Assembly: GCA_025603075.1 (NCBI GenBank)
Contig: MU626368.1
Coordinates: 1 to 64,000, forward strand
DNA length: 64,000 nucleotides
Source of the DNA: Neoconidiobolus thromboides FSU 785
Lineage: Eukaryota > Fungi > Entomophthoromycota
Reading direction: 5' to 3'
Numbering within the stretch: the stretch's first letter is position 1; every line of letters begins with the position of its first letter. Under the pieces are notes generated by a model, which worked only from the letters and a program-made list of their open reading frames with translations, was not told the origin of the DNA and made no database searches. This document shows positions 37,975 through 50,987 of this stretch, piece by piece. The position numbers were made by a program, and so were the translations under genes.

Positions 37975-39300
37975 ATGAATCACACCATATCTTCGGTAAT
38001 AGAATGGCAACGCAAGCCGTGTGATGATTACGATCGAGATATAGGAATCCGTTTTAGAAGAGGAAATCTCAAGGAGGGAGACATTTATAAAATAGAAAAG
38101 TATAAAGGAGAAGGTTTACAATCTATATTGCTCTTACCTAACTCTGTAATTATGTTTGGTTTCTCTTGGTTTAGATATATACCAACCGGAAGTTATGATA
38201 ATCCTTTAACCAGTTCAGCTTACAGTTCAGCTACTACAAAAAGCCAAGAAGCCATGGACGAGATGTCAATTATTTTAGTGAATAGTGTAATATCAGCGCT
38301 AAGAGATCCTAGCAAATATACCCAGGGCCAACTTATGAATTACATTGCTAGGGGGGACGTTAAGCACAGAACACCCAATGTACACAATATACTTAATGTT
38401 CAAAGATCACTTGGGAATCGAACGGATAATTCAGGTTCAGTTAATCAAAGTTTTGTTAATGAACAAATGTCAATGCTCCAAACCTCATTCAACGATAGTC
38501 GAAATATACAAGGTAGAGACTATGATGAAAGCATGAATATTTTAGATAGCCCAGATCAAAAAAATAATATCATAAGTCCTCTTCATGATTATACAAGGAT
38601 GAATGCGGTCACTCCGCTTAAGAGACAAATGTACTTTAGGCAGAATGATCATGATGGCTCTGGGGTTATTTTTGATGATTTTAATTATAAAGAAGTTACT
38701 AAACCTTGGTATGAAGTGGAAAGGAATGAAGCTCCAACGGGGGTACCAAAAGATCTGATGGATTTTATAGTTAACTCTAAATGGGATGCCATGGATGTTC
38801 AATTAAAAGGAAAGGAAGAGGAATTTAATCTTGCTATTAAAGCTATATTTGTTGCTATGAGAACACCAGTGAGCCCACCTTATGATTTTAAAGACGAAAA
38901 TGAGTCCACCTATGATGTTGGACTAAAAACGTTAGAAAAAATCAAGAGAGTATATAATCAAGATGAGAATTTAGAAGACAAAGAAAATCGAGTAAAGAGC
39001 AATCAATATCTTTGGATATTAGGAAGCATTCTCAAATCTTGTGGTAATGCCAATATTAATAGGTTAGCAAAAGCGAATAAGGTTGCACTTACTACAAATA
39101 CAAAGTTTCCACCACATTTACCAGAAACTTGTCCCCAGATTGTTGAAATATGGGGAGAAAATGTACCAATTTCTAGAATGCAAACATTAAGCCTATCATT
39201 TTATCATACCTTAGAAAAGTTTGGCAAAAATAGTAACCAAATATTTTTAAAAGCTATTAATATTTTAAAAGCAACTTATCCACATACTATTTTAAATTAA
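37975..39300 (+). CDS. Intronless orphan protein, 441 aa
   Basis: Long uninterrupted ORF with coding-like composition; no family recognised. Confidence 0.8.
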   Translation: MNHTISSVIEWQRKPCDDYDRDIGIRFRRGNLKEGDIYKIEKYKGEGLQSILLLPNSVIMFGFSWFRYIPTGSYDNPLTSSAYSSATTKSQEAMDEMSIILVNSVISALRDPSKYTQGQLMNYIARGDVKHRTPNVHNILNVQRSLGNRTDNSGSVNQSFVNEQMSMLQTSFNDSRNIQGRDYDESMNILDSPDQKNNIISPLHDYTRMNAVTPLKRQMYFRQNDHDGSGVIFDDFNYKEVTKPWYEVERNEAPTGVPKDLMDFIVNSKWDAMDVQLKGKEEEFNLAIKAIFVAMRTPVSPPYDFKDENESTYDVGLKTLEKIKRVYNQDENLEDKENRVKSNQYLWILGSILKSCGNANINRLAKANKVALTTNTKFPPHLPETCPQIVEIWGENVPISRMQTLSLSFYHTLEKFGKNSNQIFLKAINILKATYPHTILN

Positions 39301-39359
39301 ACTTTTAGCTAATTATTTTGAAAATTTCAAACTTTGCTTATTATATTATTTTATTTGCT

Positions 39360-40545
39360 TTAAGGATGATAGGTTATAATCTGGCCATAGAGATAATTGA
39401 TAGATGGAGCTGGGGTAACTTTTATAGGCTCTTTTACATGGCCTAATTCAACACAGATAAATTTATGGTACTCTTCGTCATCCATATCACTCATTGCTTT
39501 AGCATTCTTAATCCATGGGTTCCATACAACTAATTTTTACTAATAAATAAAATTTTATATCAAATTATTAAACTTACCAACGTCTGGTAAATTGACCGTT
39601 ACGAAAGTGAAATAAGATTTTTCATCTTTATAAAGCTTTAATAAATCATCGTTCTTATTTCCATAGACACGATCAACTTCTTGGTCGATAGTTATGTGGT
39701 CGTCTTGCTGAGTTTCATTTTTATCTAATACTTTATTATAATAATCTAAACCTTTTAAGCCTTCTACTTTCACATTAGCAATGTTCTAAAAATTTATCAT
39801 TTTCACATTAAGTTAAACTAAATTAAGTCCTTACCTCAACATCAAAATAAGTGTGAAGTAAAGGAGTTAAAGTTAACTCTTTATCAGTATTTAAATTCTT
39901 GACTTGAACGAAAGTTTTTAACTCTTTTTCAGTAATGGTAACTGAATATTTCAGCTCAAATTTAAATGGCCAGAGATCAAACACTTCCTTAGAAATGTCT
40001 TCATGGGTAAGACCTAATCAATTTAATTTCTTGATAAAATGGTATCTATTCGTGGATATAAATAAACTTACCAAAGTGTGCAGTAACACCACTATCGTCT
40101 TTAACTCCTTCCTCTTCTAAGTGCTTCCAATAAAAGGAACGGGCAAAGCCTAAATAAAATTTAACTAATTATTTTCATGTAAAGTTATTAAATTCTTACC
40201 ATGTTGGGGTAAAGCGTGAGCTGGGTTTGGTGCTTTTTCTTTACCAAATTGAGGGAATACAATGGGAATACTTTAAAAAGAATCAAAATATGTTTTGAAA
40301 CAATATTTGTTTTAAAACTTACCCACCACGAACAGCTTTGCTACCATCTCTTTTAGATTTGGAGCTAATTGTTTAATGTAAATTTAGTTTCATTAAAATG
40401 AATGTCACCCTTACCTAACAAACATCAACTCTTCACCATCAATTTTCCATGAGGTAACGGTAGCACCAAACAAATCGATTTGTGCTGTTACATTCTTATA
40501 TTGAATAGTAACTGCTTTAGGATTTTGGATTTCTTGGATAGACAT
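39360..40545 (-). CDS. Glucose-6-phosphate 1-epimerase (aldose 1-epimerase family, YMR099C-like), multi-exon
   Basis: IDLFGATVTSWK, KAVRGG|IPIVFPQFG, LPQHGFAR, LLHTYF, QEVDRVY, VVWNPW. Confidence 0.9.
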
Positions 40546-40958
40546 TTTATTTTTTTAAAATTAGTTTAATGAAATTTATAATGCTTTTATTTATAGGTCA
40601 ATTTGGTTTGAGTGATGACATGAACTGTTTTTAAACTTTGGAACACTATTAGAAATGAAAATAGAAATTATAGGCTAAATTTGAGACAATTTTAAATTGA
40701 TTTATCATCCTAAATATTACTGTTAGTCACCATAATAAACTAATTTATTCAAAGCCTAAGATAATAAACATAAAATAGAAGAACAGTTATATTAAAAATA
40801 AAATAAAGTTTAAAAAAGATGCCTTTTATTACTCAAATTTAGTTCTGATTTAAGTTGATAGTTTAATTTATCGAATTTTGAGTTAATTTATAATACAGGT
40901 AGCAACAAAAATACTATATTCAATAACAATAAAATTAAGCTAATATTTCATAAATCGT

Positions 40959-42206
40959 TTATTTAGTTTTCTTTTCCTTTTTTACTAAGAAGGAATCCAA
41001 CGTATTAACTCTCTTTGTTTTTGCAGGTTTAATCAATTCAGGGGAATCAACCTTAGCAGTGTTTACTTTATTTCCAACCTGGTAACTATCTTTTATTGAA
41101 TATTTACTATATAGATAAAAGATTAATTACCTTAACAGCTCTTCATTATATGGTTTAATTAGCCTAACGACTTTATCGTCAAATTCTGGATGTTTTAACC
41201 ACAACTTTATTTTATCCATATCTTTAATAGGATCAAAGATAAGTGGCATACGATGATGTATTTTAGAGAAACTTTCATTGGCTTCAGTAGTTATCATAGC
41301 AAAAGTAGGGGATACTTTTTCTATCATTTTATTAAACATAAAAAAGTGTATAAGGAATTAAGCTTACCATTTGTATCTAAAGAATAGTCATATAGACCAC
41401 CTACAAGTAATAATGGGCTATCTTTTAATTTTGAATAATAAGGTATATTATCTACTAGTTTGGAACTGTTGTTGCGCTTCCATTCGTAAAAGCTAGAATC
41501 GTAAGCGAAAATCAAACAAAATAAAATAGTTTTACCCTTGAATTATTATTAAGCATCTCTTTTTTCTTTTTAAATGATTGAATGATGTTTTATTTTTATC
41601 CATTAAAGTGTCATCTCTTACATTTATTGGAACTGGTATTTTCTTATCATTTTTGTTATTGGTAGTATTAAATTTTAAGCCCCATTTCTATTAGCTGTTA
41701 GTTATCATGCTGTTAAATTAATAATATTTTATACCATCATAACAACTTTTCCAAATGGTTTAATTTCCTTTTCCATATCATTTAAATTATCTTGGAGCTT
41801 GTTCTCCTTGTCTAATAGATCTGCACTTACAATTCCTTCCTTTTTCACTTTGACTCCATTCCCTATGTTTCCCTCTCTTTCTGCAGTAATCAATCCTGTC
41901 AAATTTACTTTCTGTGAGCTGCTTTTTGAATTATTCAGAATATTTCTACTAATCATATCCCAATGATTAATATCTACAATAACTGGGAAATCCCTTGCAG
42001 GAGATAAGTTATACCTAGCAAAAATTAGCACCTATTCGTTTCCCAAAATTAGCTCTATTACCCTCTACTATATTCTAATCCACCGTCATAGTTGATGCCT
42101 TCCAATTGTCTACCAATCTCCTCTATACTCTGATTATTGTTAATTTTATTTCTTCATCAATTTTGCAATATCAGTTTACCAAATGCAAGTGACAACGTCC
42201 ACACAT
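40959..42206 (-). CDS. SRAP/HMCES abasic-site-processing protein, multi-exon
   Basis: Starts MCGR (catalytic Cys2); RYNLSP, LLLVGGLYD, FAMITTEANESFSKIHHRMPLI, VGNKVNT. Confidence 0.9.
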
Positions 42207-42418
42207 TAAATTTTACAGTTGATACTTGCTCTTCATTTATATATATATTTATTGCTAATTTAACTAGATTTACTTTATTTAGAATTATAAGTTTTTTGAA
42301 TCAAAATAATGTGCTCAATTTTAAGACAAAATTCGTTCATATTGCTGCGGAAGGTTAATTACAAAACTCAGTTTTTGAAAAATTAGAGCTCAAGTAATCT
42401 TTGTTTACCATACAATGG

Positions 42419-42431
42419 GTTTCCTAGCAAC
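42419..42431. promoter_or_regulatory. RFX/Crt1 X-box-like site GTTTCCTAGCAAC upstream of SRAP
   Basis: Matches the RFX X-box consensus (GTTNCC-N-RGYAAC type); 213 bp upstream of the SRAP ATG. Confidence 0.45.
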
Positions 42432-42805
42432 TAAGAGTTTAATTAGGTTTAAGTATTGTTTAAACTGCTATTAAATAGCAGTAAAAAACTAATATTCAAT
42501 TGATACTACTCACGGAGAGCTAAGCTTAATAGTGTATTTTTATTGACAAAAATAACGCTCATAGTAGCTGTTATTTTTTTTAGCAGTTGTAAAGCGCATC
42601 ATAATATAAGTAATAAAAGATACATCTAAGTCAGTTCTGATGGATGAACAGTCGTGTTTCTGACTTTTTTTTATCACTTATTTATAATTAAACATTAGTC
42701 ATCATTAAAAACCAAGTGCTTTAAAACCACAATAATGATCTTCGATTCCCCCAATGATATGTTTCCAAATCGAACCCAAACTATTAGGCCTGAATTAGTG
42801 CATAT

Positions 42806-42981
42806 GATTGGCTAAAATTTATTATAAACATGGAATTTCCAAAAATATGTCTACTACTGATTGGCTTATAAATAAAGAAATCCTTAATTAAAAAATAAGG
42901 AGAATGAAATTGAAAGAGATGCTAAGCCAAAGTATCTTTTAACCAAAAATTAAAGAGAGCGTATTGGAAAACTAAGATTGG
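42806..42981. promoter_or_regulatory. Cluster of reverse CCAAT boxes (GATTGGC at 42806, 42859, 42976) in the SRAP/PP1 divergent promoter
   Basis: Three GATTGGC plus one ATTGG within 180 bp of AT-rich DNA. Confidence 0.45.
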
Positions 42982-43193
42982 CCATCCATCTGAATTCCTA
43001 TAAAGTCGAAAGTATTAGCAGAAGAATTGAAAGAAAGAAAACGATAAAGTTTAGTGAATTACGGATTTATTTTTGAGTTTTTTTTTATAAGTGGCATAAA
43101 ATTGGAGGCAGTGAGATTAGAATTGAAATTTGAGAGTGAAATTAAACGAGAATTTTAAAAATATAAAGAATATATATTTAAATTGAAAAAATA

Positions 43194-44376
<1,183 letters not shown>

Positions 44377-45106
44377 TTAAGGTATTATAGTTAGGCTTGA
44401 GTGAATGTGGATTAATTAAAATTAACAAGTTATTTAATAGAAGGAGAAGCACACTATTGGAATTTGTTGTGGCATTTTTAATAAATATGGTAAATTTTAC
44501 AGATTTCTATAAGTGTTGCAATCGATATTTCAAATTTGGTCCCAAACTATTATAACATATCTTTTGTTTGCAAGAAATTGATTTTTTTTGTAAATTTAAA
44601 TCCCTTTACCACAAGTTTAAATCTTAATTTCCCAATCTCGCTTGACATTTGTTTTTTTATTAAATTTTTGTTTAAAGGACCAAAGGATTTAATAGTATTT
44701 TATTAATATTATATAGTTCTCTTTACTTTTTATATATTATTGTTGATTTTGAATATTGCTTATTGAAATAAAATCTTGTCTTTATAAGTAAAGAGTAACA
44801 AATTTTGATTTTAATTTTAATACAGTTTTTATACTAGTTTTAAATATTATTCTTTATTAAATATAGCATATTTTAATTAAACAATAACATTTTTAAAAAT
44901 AAGATCGACGTAATAACTCCATTATTAAGATAGGAAAATACATCCATAATCCATCCCATCTTCCAAATTTGTTTCGAATCTAAATCCTAATCCTAACCAA
45001 TCAGATTAACTTCATTTGTATCCCATTTTTTAATAAATATTTAATATCAAAAAATCGAAAAATTCAATATTTCTAATATTCAATAATAAAATAAATTCGA
45101 AACCTA

Positions 45107-46204
45107 ATGAAAAAAGTATTAATTTTAGGTGGTAATGGATATTTGGGTAAGTCAACCTTATAATAAGATGACAACAATTAAGTGAATGTTAAAATAGGCC
45201 AAAGACTTTGTAAAAAAGGAATTGAAAATGGATTAAAAATAACGAGCTTAAGGTAATTTTAATTAAAATTCAAAGCATTTAATTAGATATAAACAAATCT
45301 TATTAGTCGTTCTGGACTCCCAAAAATTACTAATGGTAAAATAGAAGCTTGGATGAACGAAGTAAATTTTCAATTGATTCTCTAAGCCTGATTCATTACC
45401 TGTTACTTATTAATTTATTTTTTCTGTTTTTTCTTTTAGGTGAATTGGCAAAAAGGAGATTTATTGAATCTAAACAGCTATTCTCATTTATTATCGAATC
45501 AAGATACTATCATTCATTCCGTTGGTGCTATTTTTGATTTTAATTACAAACCATTGGTAAGTAATGAATGGAATAAAGTGATGAAAGAGGGTATTAGGAA
45601 TGGAAATCAAGTTAGAGAAATGAATTTTGTGTCAGGTAAGGAAATAGTAATATAATCACAATATTAATTGTTTAAAATGTGTTGATTACTTTAAGTTGAC
45701 AATGAATATTGATTTTTTTTAAATAGTAAAGAATTTATTGGAAGAGTTGAAGAAACATCAAAATATTCAAAGTTTATTTTATTTATCAGCTACCAATTTT
45801 TTACCCGAAATATTGACGAAAGATTATATTAGCTCTAAAAAAGCAAGTGAACAAAGGATTTTATTAGATCAAAATACAGATTTTGTTAAAAAATTTATCG
45901 TTCAACCAGGTAAAAATAAGATCCTTAAATTAAAATATAGAACATAAATATGAAATAATAAGAGTATAATAAGAGTATAGAAGCTAATCTAACATTAACT
46001 TTAGGCTTAATGTATAGTGAAGATCGACCATTAGCTTTTGGTTTAGCAGCTGGATTATTATTAGGGAAACAATTGGTCTGTTCTAATATTGAACAACCCT
46101 TAGCAACAGATTTTGTTACAGATAAAATTATTAAAGTAATTAAAAATCAAGAAAAGTTTCCACAAAAAAACATCTTCAATATTAATAAAATTTTGGAGTT
46201 ATAA
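45107..46204 (+). CDS. Atypical SDR / NAD(P)-binding Rossmann protein, Coq11 (YLR290C)-like, multi-exon
   Basis: KKVLILGGNGYLG, SLSRSG, VNWQKGDLL...IIHSVG, YISSKKASE, PG|LMYSEDRP. Confidence 0.7.
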
Positions 46205-46264
46205 AAGTAATATAATAAATATAAGAAAGTGGACGAAAGTTATTTTAATTTTATTGTTTTTAAC

Positions 46265-48554
46265 TTATATTAATTTATTGAATACTGTAATCCATGAGAT
46301 ATAGACATCTAGTTTATTTTTATGTATTAGTTAATAGAAATAGAATTATTATTGAATTTACCATTATCTTGGAATAATTGAATTAAATTAATAATTAATT
46401 TTTTAAATAAATTGTTATTTACAATATTATTATTTTCATTCTTTATAATCAATTGATACGAATGAGTTAACAATTGATTTATAAATTGTTCATTTAATTC
46501 ATTTAAAATACATAATTTTAATAAGGTAAAATAATGAATTGAAATTAATTGTTGAAGACTACTTATATTTTGTTGAATTAAATTAATAATCAACTTTTGG
46601 AATACAGGGTTATTAGTTAGTAATTGACTATTTTGTATGTTATTGTCATCTATATTTTCTATATTGTTATCAATTTCATTTAATTGTTTAATTATTGGAT
46701 ATACACAATTTAACCATAAATTAATAAAATTCCATTGATAACATGTTGAATTAGGATGCTAGAAAAATGAAATAAATAAAAGCATCATGTTACTATAATA
46801 AATAAACCTCACGTTTAAAAAGAATTGGATTACATTCCACCACATTTGATAATGATCTAAATAAACATTACTAAAATCATAAGCTAATAGATTCCTTTTA
46901 ATCCCTATAAACAACTCCTCATTATCACTCGAATTCTTATCCCCCCTTCTCAATAATAAAATGAGATTTAAATATTCTTTATGTAATACAGGTTGATTTA
47001 AGGCTGATTGTAAACAATTGAATATAATTTGTTGATAATTTAATAAACTACATTTAAATAAATTTATTATTATTTGGTCATTTGGAGTTTTAGTTGTACT
47101 ATTGATTTGATTTAATAAACTAGTAATTTGATCTTGTTGATTTGTAGATGATATTTTGTAGCTAATATATAAGGAAGAATTTTGTTAGTTACTGTTAGTT
47201 CATAGTAGTGATCACTTACTTTCTATATAAATAATTTTTGAATTTGATTAAATTTATTAATTTTATATCTTTTTCATTTGTTATTAATGAAAATATTTCA
47301 TTGATATTGTCCTATAATGATTATTATTATCATTATTATTAAAAATAAATCAAAATTTAATTACCTCATTCAATTCCTTCTTATACTTTAGTTGAATGTT
47401 TAATATTGCTGTATTTATTAATTGATATCCATTTAAATCAATATTCAATCTACCCTCATTCTCTTTTATATCATTTTTGTTTCCCCGATTGATTATTTCA
47501 TTATTTGTACTATCTTTAGTAGCTATTAATTCAATAAAATAATCATAATCAGAAACTTGTAGAATAGTTAAATCTTTTAATATTAATAAAGTATGCTTAA
47601 TGACATTATAGTGTTGTTGCTTTCTGGTTAGAGATTAATAAAGTCAAAGGATGTGATGAATATTCAATTAAAACTTACTGTATTAAATGAGTTGTATCTT
47701 TTTGAATTAACTTAATAAACTTTGATAACAAAAGCCGAAATCGAGTTATTGAATTATTATTTCTATCTATACAGCTACTATTTCCAACTAGAAATAAATA
47801 TCATATAAATTATAAAATAAAATAAAATAGAATAAAATGAAATAAAATGAAATAAAATAAAATAAAATAAAATAAAATAAAATAAAAAATAAAATAAAAT
47901 AAAATAAAATAAAATAAAATAAAATAAAATAAGACCTTACTTTGAATTGAATGTGAAAAAAATTCCCAATAGGACACAAACTGGATTGAATTCCATTTTA
48001 CATCCTTACTATTATTTATTTCATTGCACCATTTTTGAATAAATAAACAAGTTAATTGTATTAATTCATCTGTTTTTGTATATGTTATTTGCTCTTTTAA
48101 TATTTGAAAATAATACTAGAAAATATTCATTTGGTTTATTATTGTTCATAGTAAAAGATGATTAATTTTTTACCTCTTCTTTAATCACATAACTATAAAA
48201 TAAGGTTAATAAATTCAACCTTTTTAATATCGTTATTCTCAATAATTTAAAGTCTAAATTATTAGTTAACTAAATTAATAGAACTGTGTTAAGTACCTTT
48301 TAATTGTTTCAATAGAATTGCTTTAAACAAATAATCATTTTCAATGGTTATTGGTAAGATTAATTGAGTTATTAATGTATCTAAACTATATATTGATTAA
48401 AACAATACCAAAAATGCAACCACTATATCTTACTTTATTTCTTGTAATTTATACTGAACTATTGTTTGTTTACATAAAGCCTATAGAAATAATAATTAAA
48501 TGATTATTTTAACTAAAAAAGGTTCTAATTTACTTTATAAATCAAATGATTCAT
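46265..48554 (-). CDS. Very AT-rich multi-exon hypothetical protein (ends approximate)
   Basis: Chain of exons with canonical splice sites (MNHLIYK|ALCKQTIVQYKLQEI|NLDTLITQLILP... to ...DVYISWITVFNKLI*); no family recognised. Confidence 0.5.
47814..47932. repeat. Intronic (TAAAA)n pentanucleotide microsatellite, about 120 bp, with a few variant units
   Basis: Read directly; it explains the spurious FILFY ORF at 47788-47979. Confidence 0.95.
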
Positions 48555-48618
48555 TACTAAAAAAAAGAAAAAGAAAAAAGTACATTAAAAAAACCCTTTT
48601 ATTTTTTATAGACTTCAA

Positions 48619-50974
48619 ATGTATAGAAAACAAATTAATTTTCTTATAACAATAGAATATAGATCAATATCAAATAATAACAATAATGAATTCGAACTTC
48701 AAATAGGAAGAAAGAATGAGCTATATCAATTGATTATGGAATATCATATACAAAATAAAGATATAAATGTCGAAGATTATCGTTACTATTTAAATTGGAA
48801 GAGCTATAATTTGAAACTAAAATTAAATTGTTTTATTTCAACAAAAGATATAGTTGTAGATGAGGGATTAAAATATTTAACTGAAGATATGAAAAATGAT
48901 AAGGAAAATATTGGCTTAATTATTATTAATAAAAACGAAGGTAACAGTGATTATTATTTAAATTAAATTAAATTAAATTAAATTAAATTAAATTAAATTT
49001 TTAATATTAGATAAGCCTATAGAAACTAATAATGAAGCAAATGTAATAAATCTAGTTCTACTAAAAGATGAGACGAAATTAATATATAAAAATAGAGGAA
49101 TAATAATGAATAATATTGTAAACAAATTATGGTTCAATAACAGTATTATTACTATACAATATTTTAATGATAATCATTATTATTTAATACAGCTTAATGA
49201 TAATGATACTCCTACTTATTTTAAAATCAATGAAAATTGTGCTATTAAAGTGATAGAAAATAAAAATAAAATAGAAATAACATTCGATGATGTTAAAATG
49301 AATAAGCAACTAGATGAAATGATGAATATAATAAGTAAACTTCTATTATATCTTGTTTTATTTTGCTAATAGTTTATTTTATTTAGCTTGGTATTTTACT
49401 ACCATTGATAAAGCAAAACAATCAAATATCAACGGAAACTGTTTATTGGAAATTCAAACTGAAAGTATTTATACGAAATATCAAAAGTAAGTTGTTATTA
49501 TTTGATTTAATTTAATTTAGATAGAATGCTGATTTTAAAAATAGATATATAAAATGTTATCTTAATAACACTATAAAAAACGATATTAGTTTGATTAGTA
49601 TAAATTTATTAAAACTTATACAAAAAAATAAAGGTGAACAAAATGAATTGGATGTCAACGAAATTAGTGAAAAACTCAGTAAGATTATTAATAGTCCTGA
49701 TAATATTCAGCAACGGAAAATCATAATAATCAAAGGAATCAATGAACTAATTTATTATAATTTAATAGATAAAAAAGATTGTTTAATTACTATTAATAAA
49801 TTATTACAACTTAATAACAATAAAGCTTTATTTTTTGTATTTTTAATAAATTCGAAACTGAAAACAAAAATTCAATTCAATTTTCAATTCATATATACTC
49901 TCATTGATATCAGCAGCACATCAAGCTTAAAACCCACTTTCAACAATAGCGACAGTCACTATCAATTACTAACTCATAAAACAGATATAAAAGAATTAGG
50001 GGGTTTATTTCAAATTAAAGAAAAATTGAATTTTTATATAAAATTATATCAACATCCACAAACAATAATTACATTATCTCCCTTTAATAAATACCTCATA
50101 ACAGGTCCAGCAAATAGTGGTAAAAGTTTATTAGCCAAAGGGTTTGCTGATATGTTCGAATTACCTATTATACTCGTTAATTGGTAAGTTTTATTAGTTT
50201 TATGTATGATATGAAATTAACAGGTTATTGTTTGTTTGTTTTTACTTTTAGTGCTAATTTATTTTCTAATCAATTTTCCGAAACGGAAAGCAATTTGAAG
50301 GAGTTGTTTCATTTTAAAGATAAATTGAATTCAAAATATGTTATTATTTTAGAGGATATTGAATTGATTAGTATTAAAAGAGGTAATAATAATATCTCAA
50401 TGATTAATGATAATTTTTATTTCATTCTATTTCTATTTGTTATTAGGTTCTTCTGAAGATCAATTTTCAGATTTACAAAATCGAATCTTAACTTGTTTGT
50501 TAAATGAATTAGATGGATTAAATGAAAATTTGAATTTTATTTTGATAGCTACAACCAATCATTTAAATAAAATTGATAATGCTTTATTAAGACCAGGTAA
50601 TATAATATAATAATAATAATAAAGAATAATACTAACTGATTAATTTTACTTTTTGTTTTATTAAATAGGTAGAATAGATCAAATGATAGAAATTACTCCA
50701 CCAAATTCAGAAGAAAGATTAAATATTTATTATAATTTATTAAAATATTTTCATAAAATAAATTATATACCATTAACAATAGAAGAAGAAGAAATATTTA
50801 TAAAATTAACGAATGGATTATTACCAAATCAAATTCATCATTATTTAAAGTAAATTATTTATTAAGTTTGTTTTTGTATATTAATCTTTTTTAATTAGTT
50901 CTAGTATCAAACATTGTTTAAATAATAATATTTCTTTAATTGAATTTAATATGGTTTTACCCTTTTTTAAATAA
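48619..50974 (+). CDS. Divergent AAA+ ATPase (one recognisable AAA domain; CDC48/AFG2/PEX1-like clade uncertain), multi-exon
   Basis: Walker A GPANSGKS, Walker B IILEDIE, CLLNELDGL, ATTNHLNKIDNALLRPGRIDQ (SRH with arginine finger). Confidence 0.7.
48961..48999. repeat. Intronic (AAATT)n microsatellite
   Basis: About 8 perfect units read directly. Confidence 0.9.
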
Positions 50975-50987
50975 ATAAATGTAATAT

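Noticed and set aside
42769-42778. TCGAACCC resembling a tRNA T-loop (GGGTTCGA on the minus strand)
   Set aside because: No acceptor, D or anticodon stems in the surrounding sequence.
47788-47979. 63-aa ORF with FILFY repeats
   Set aside because: It is the translation of the intronic (TAAAA)n microsatellite.
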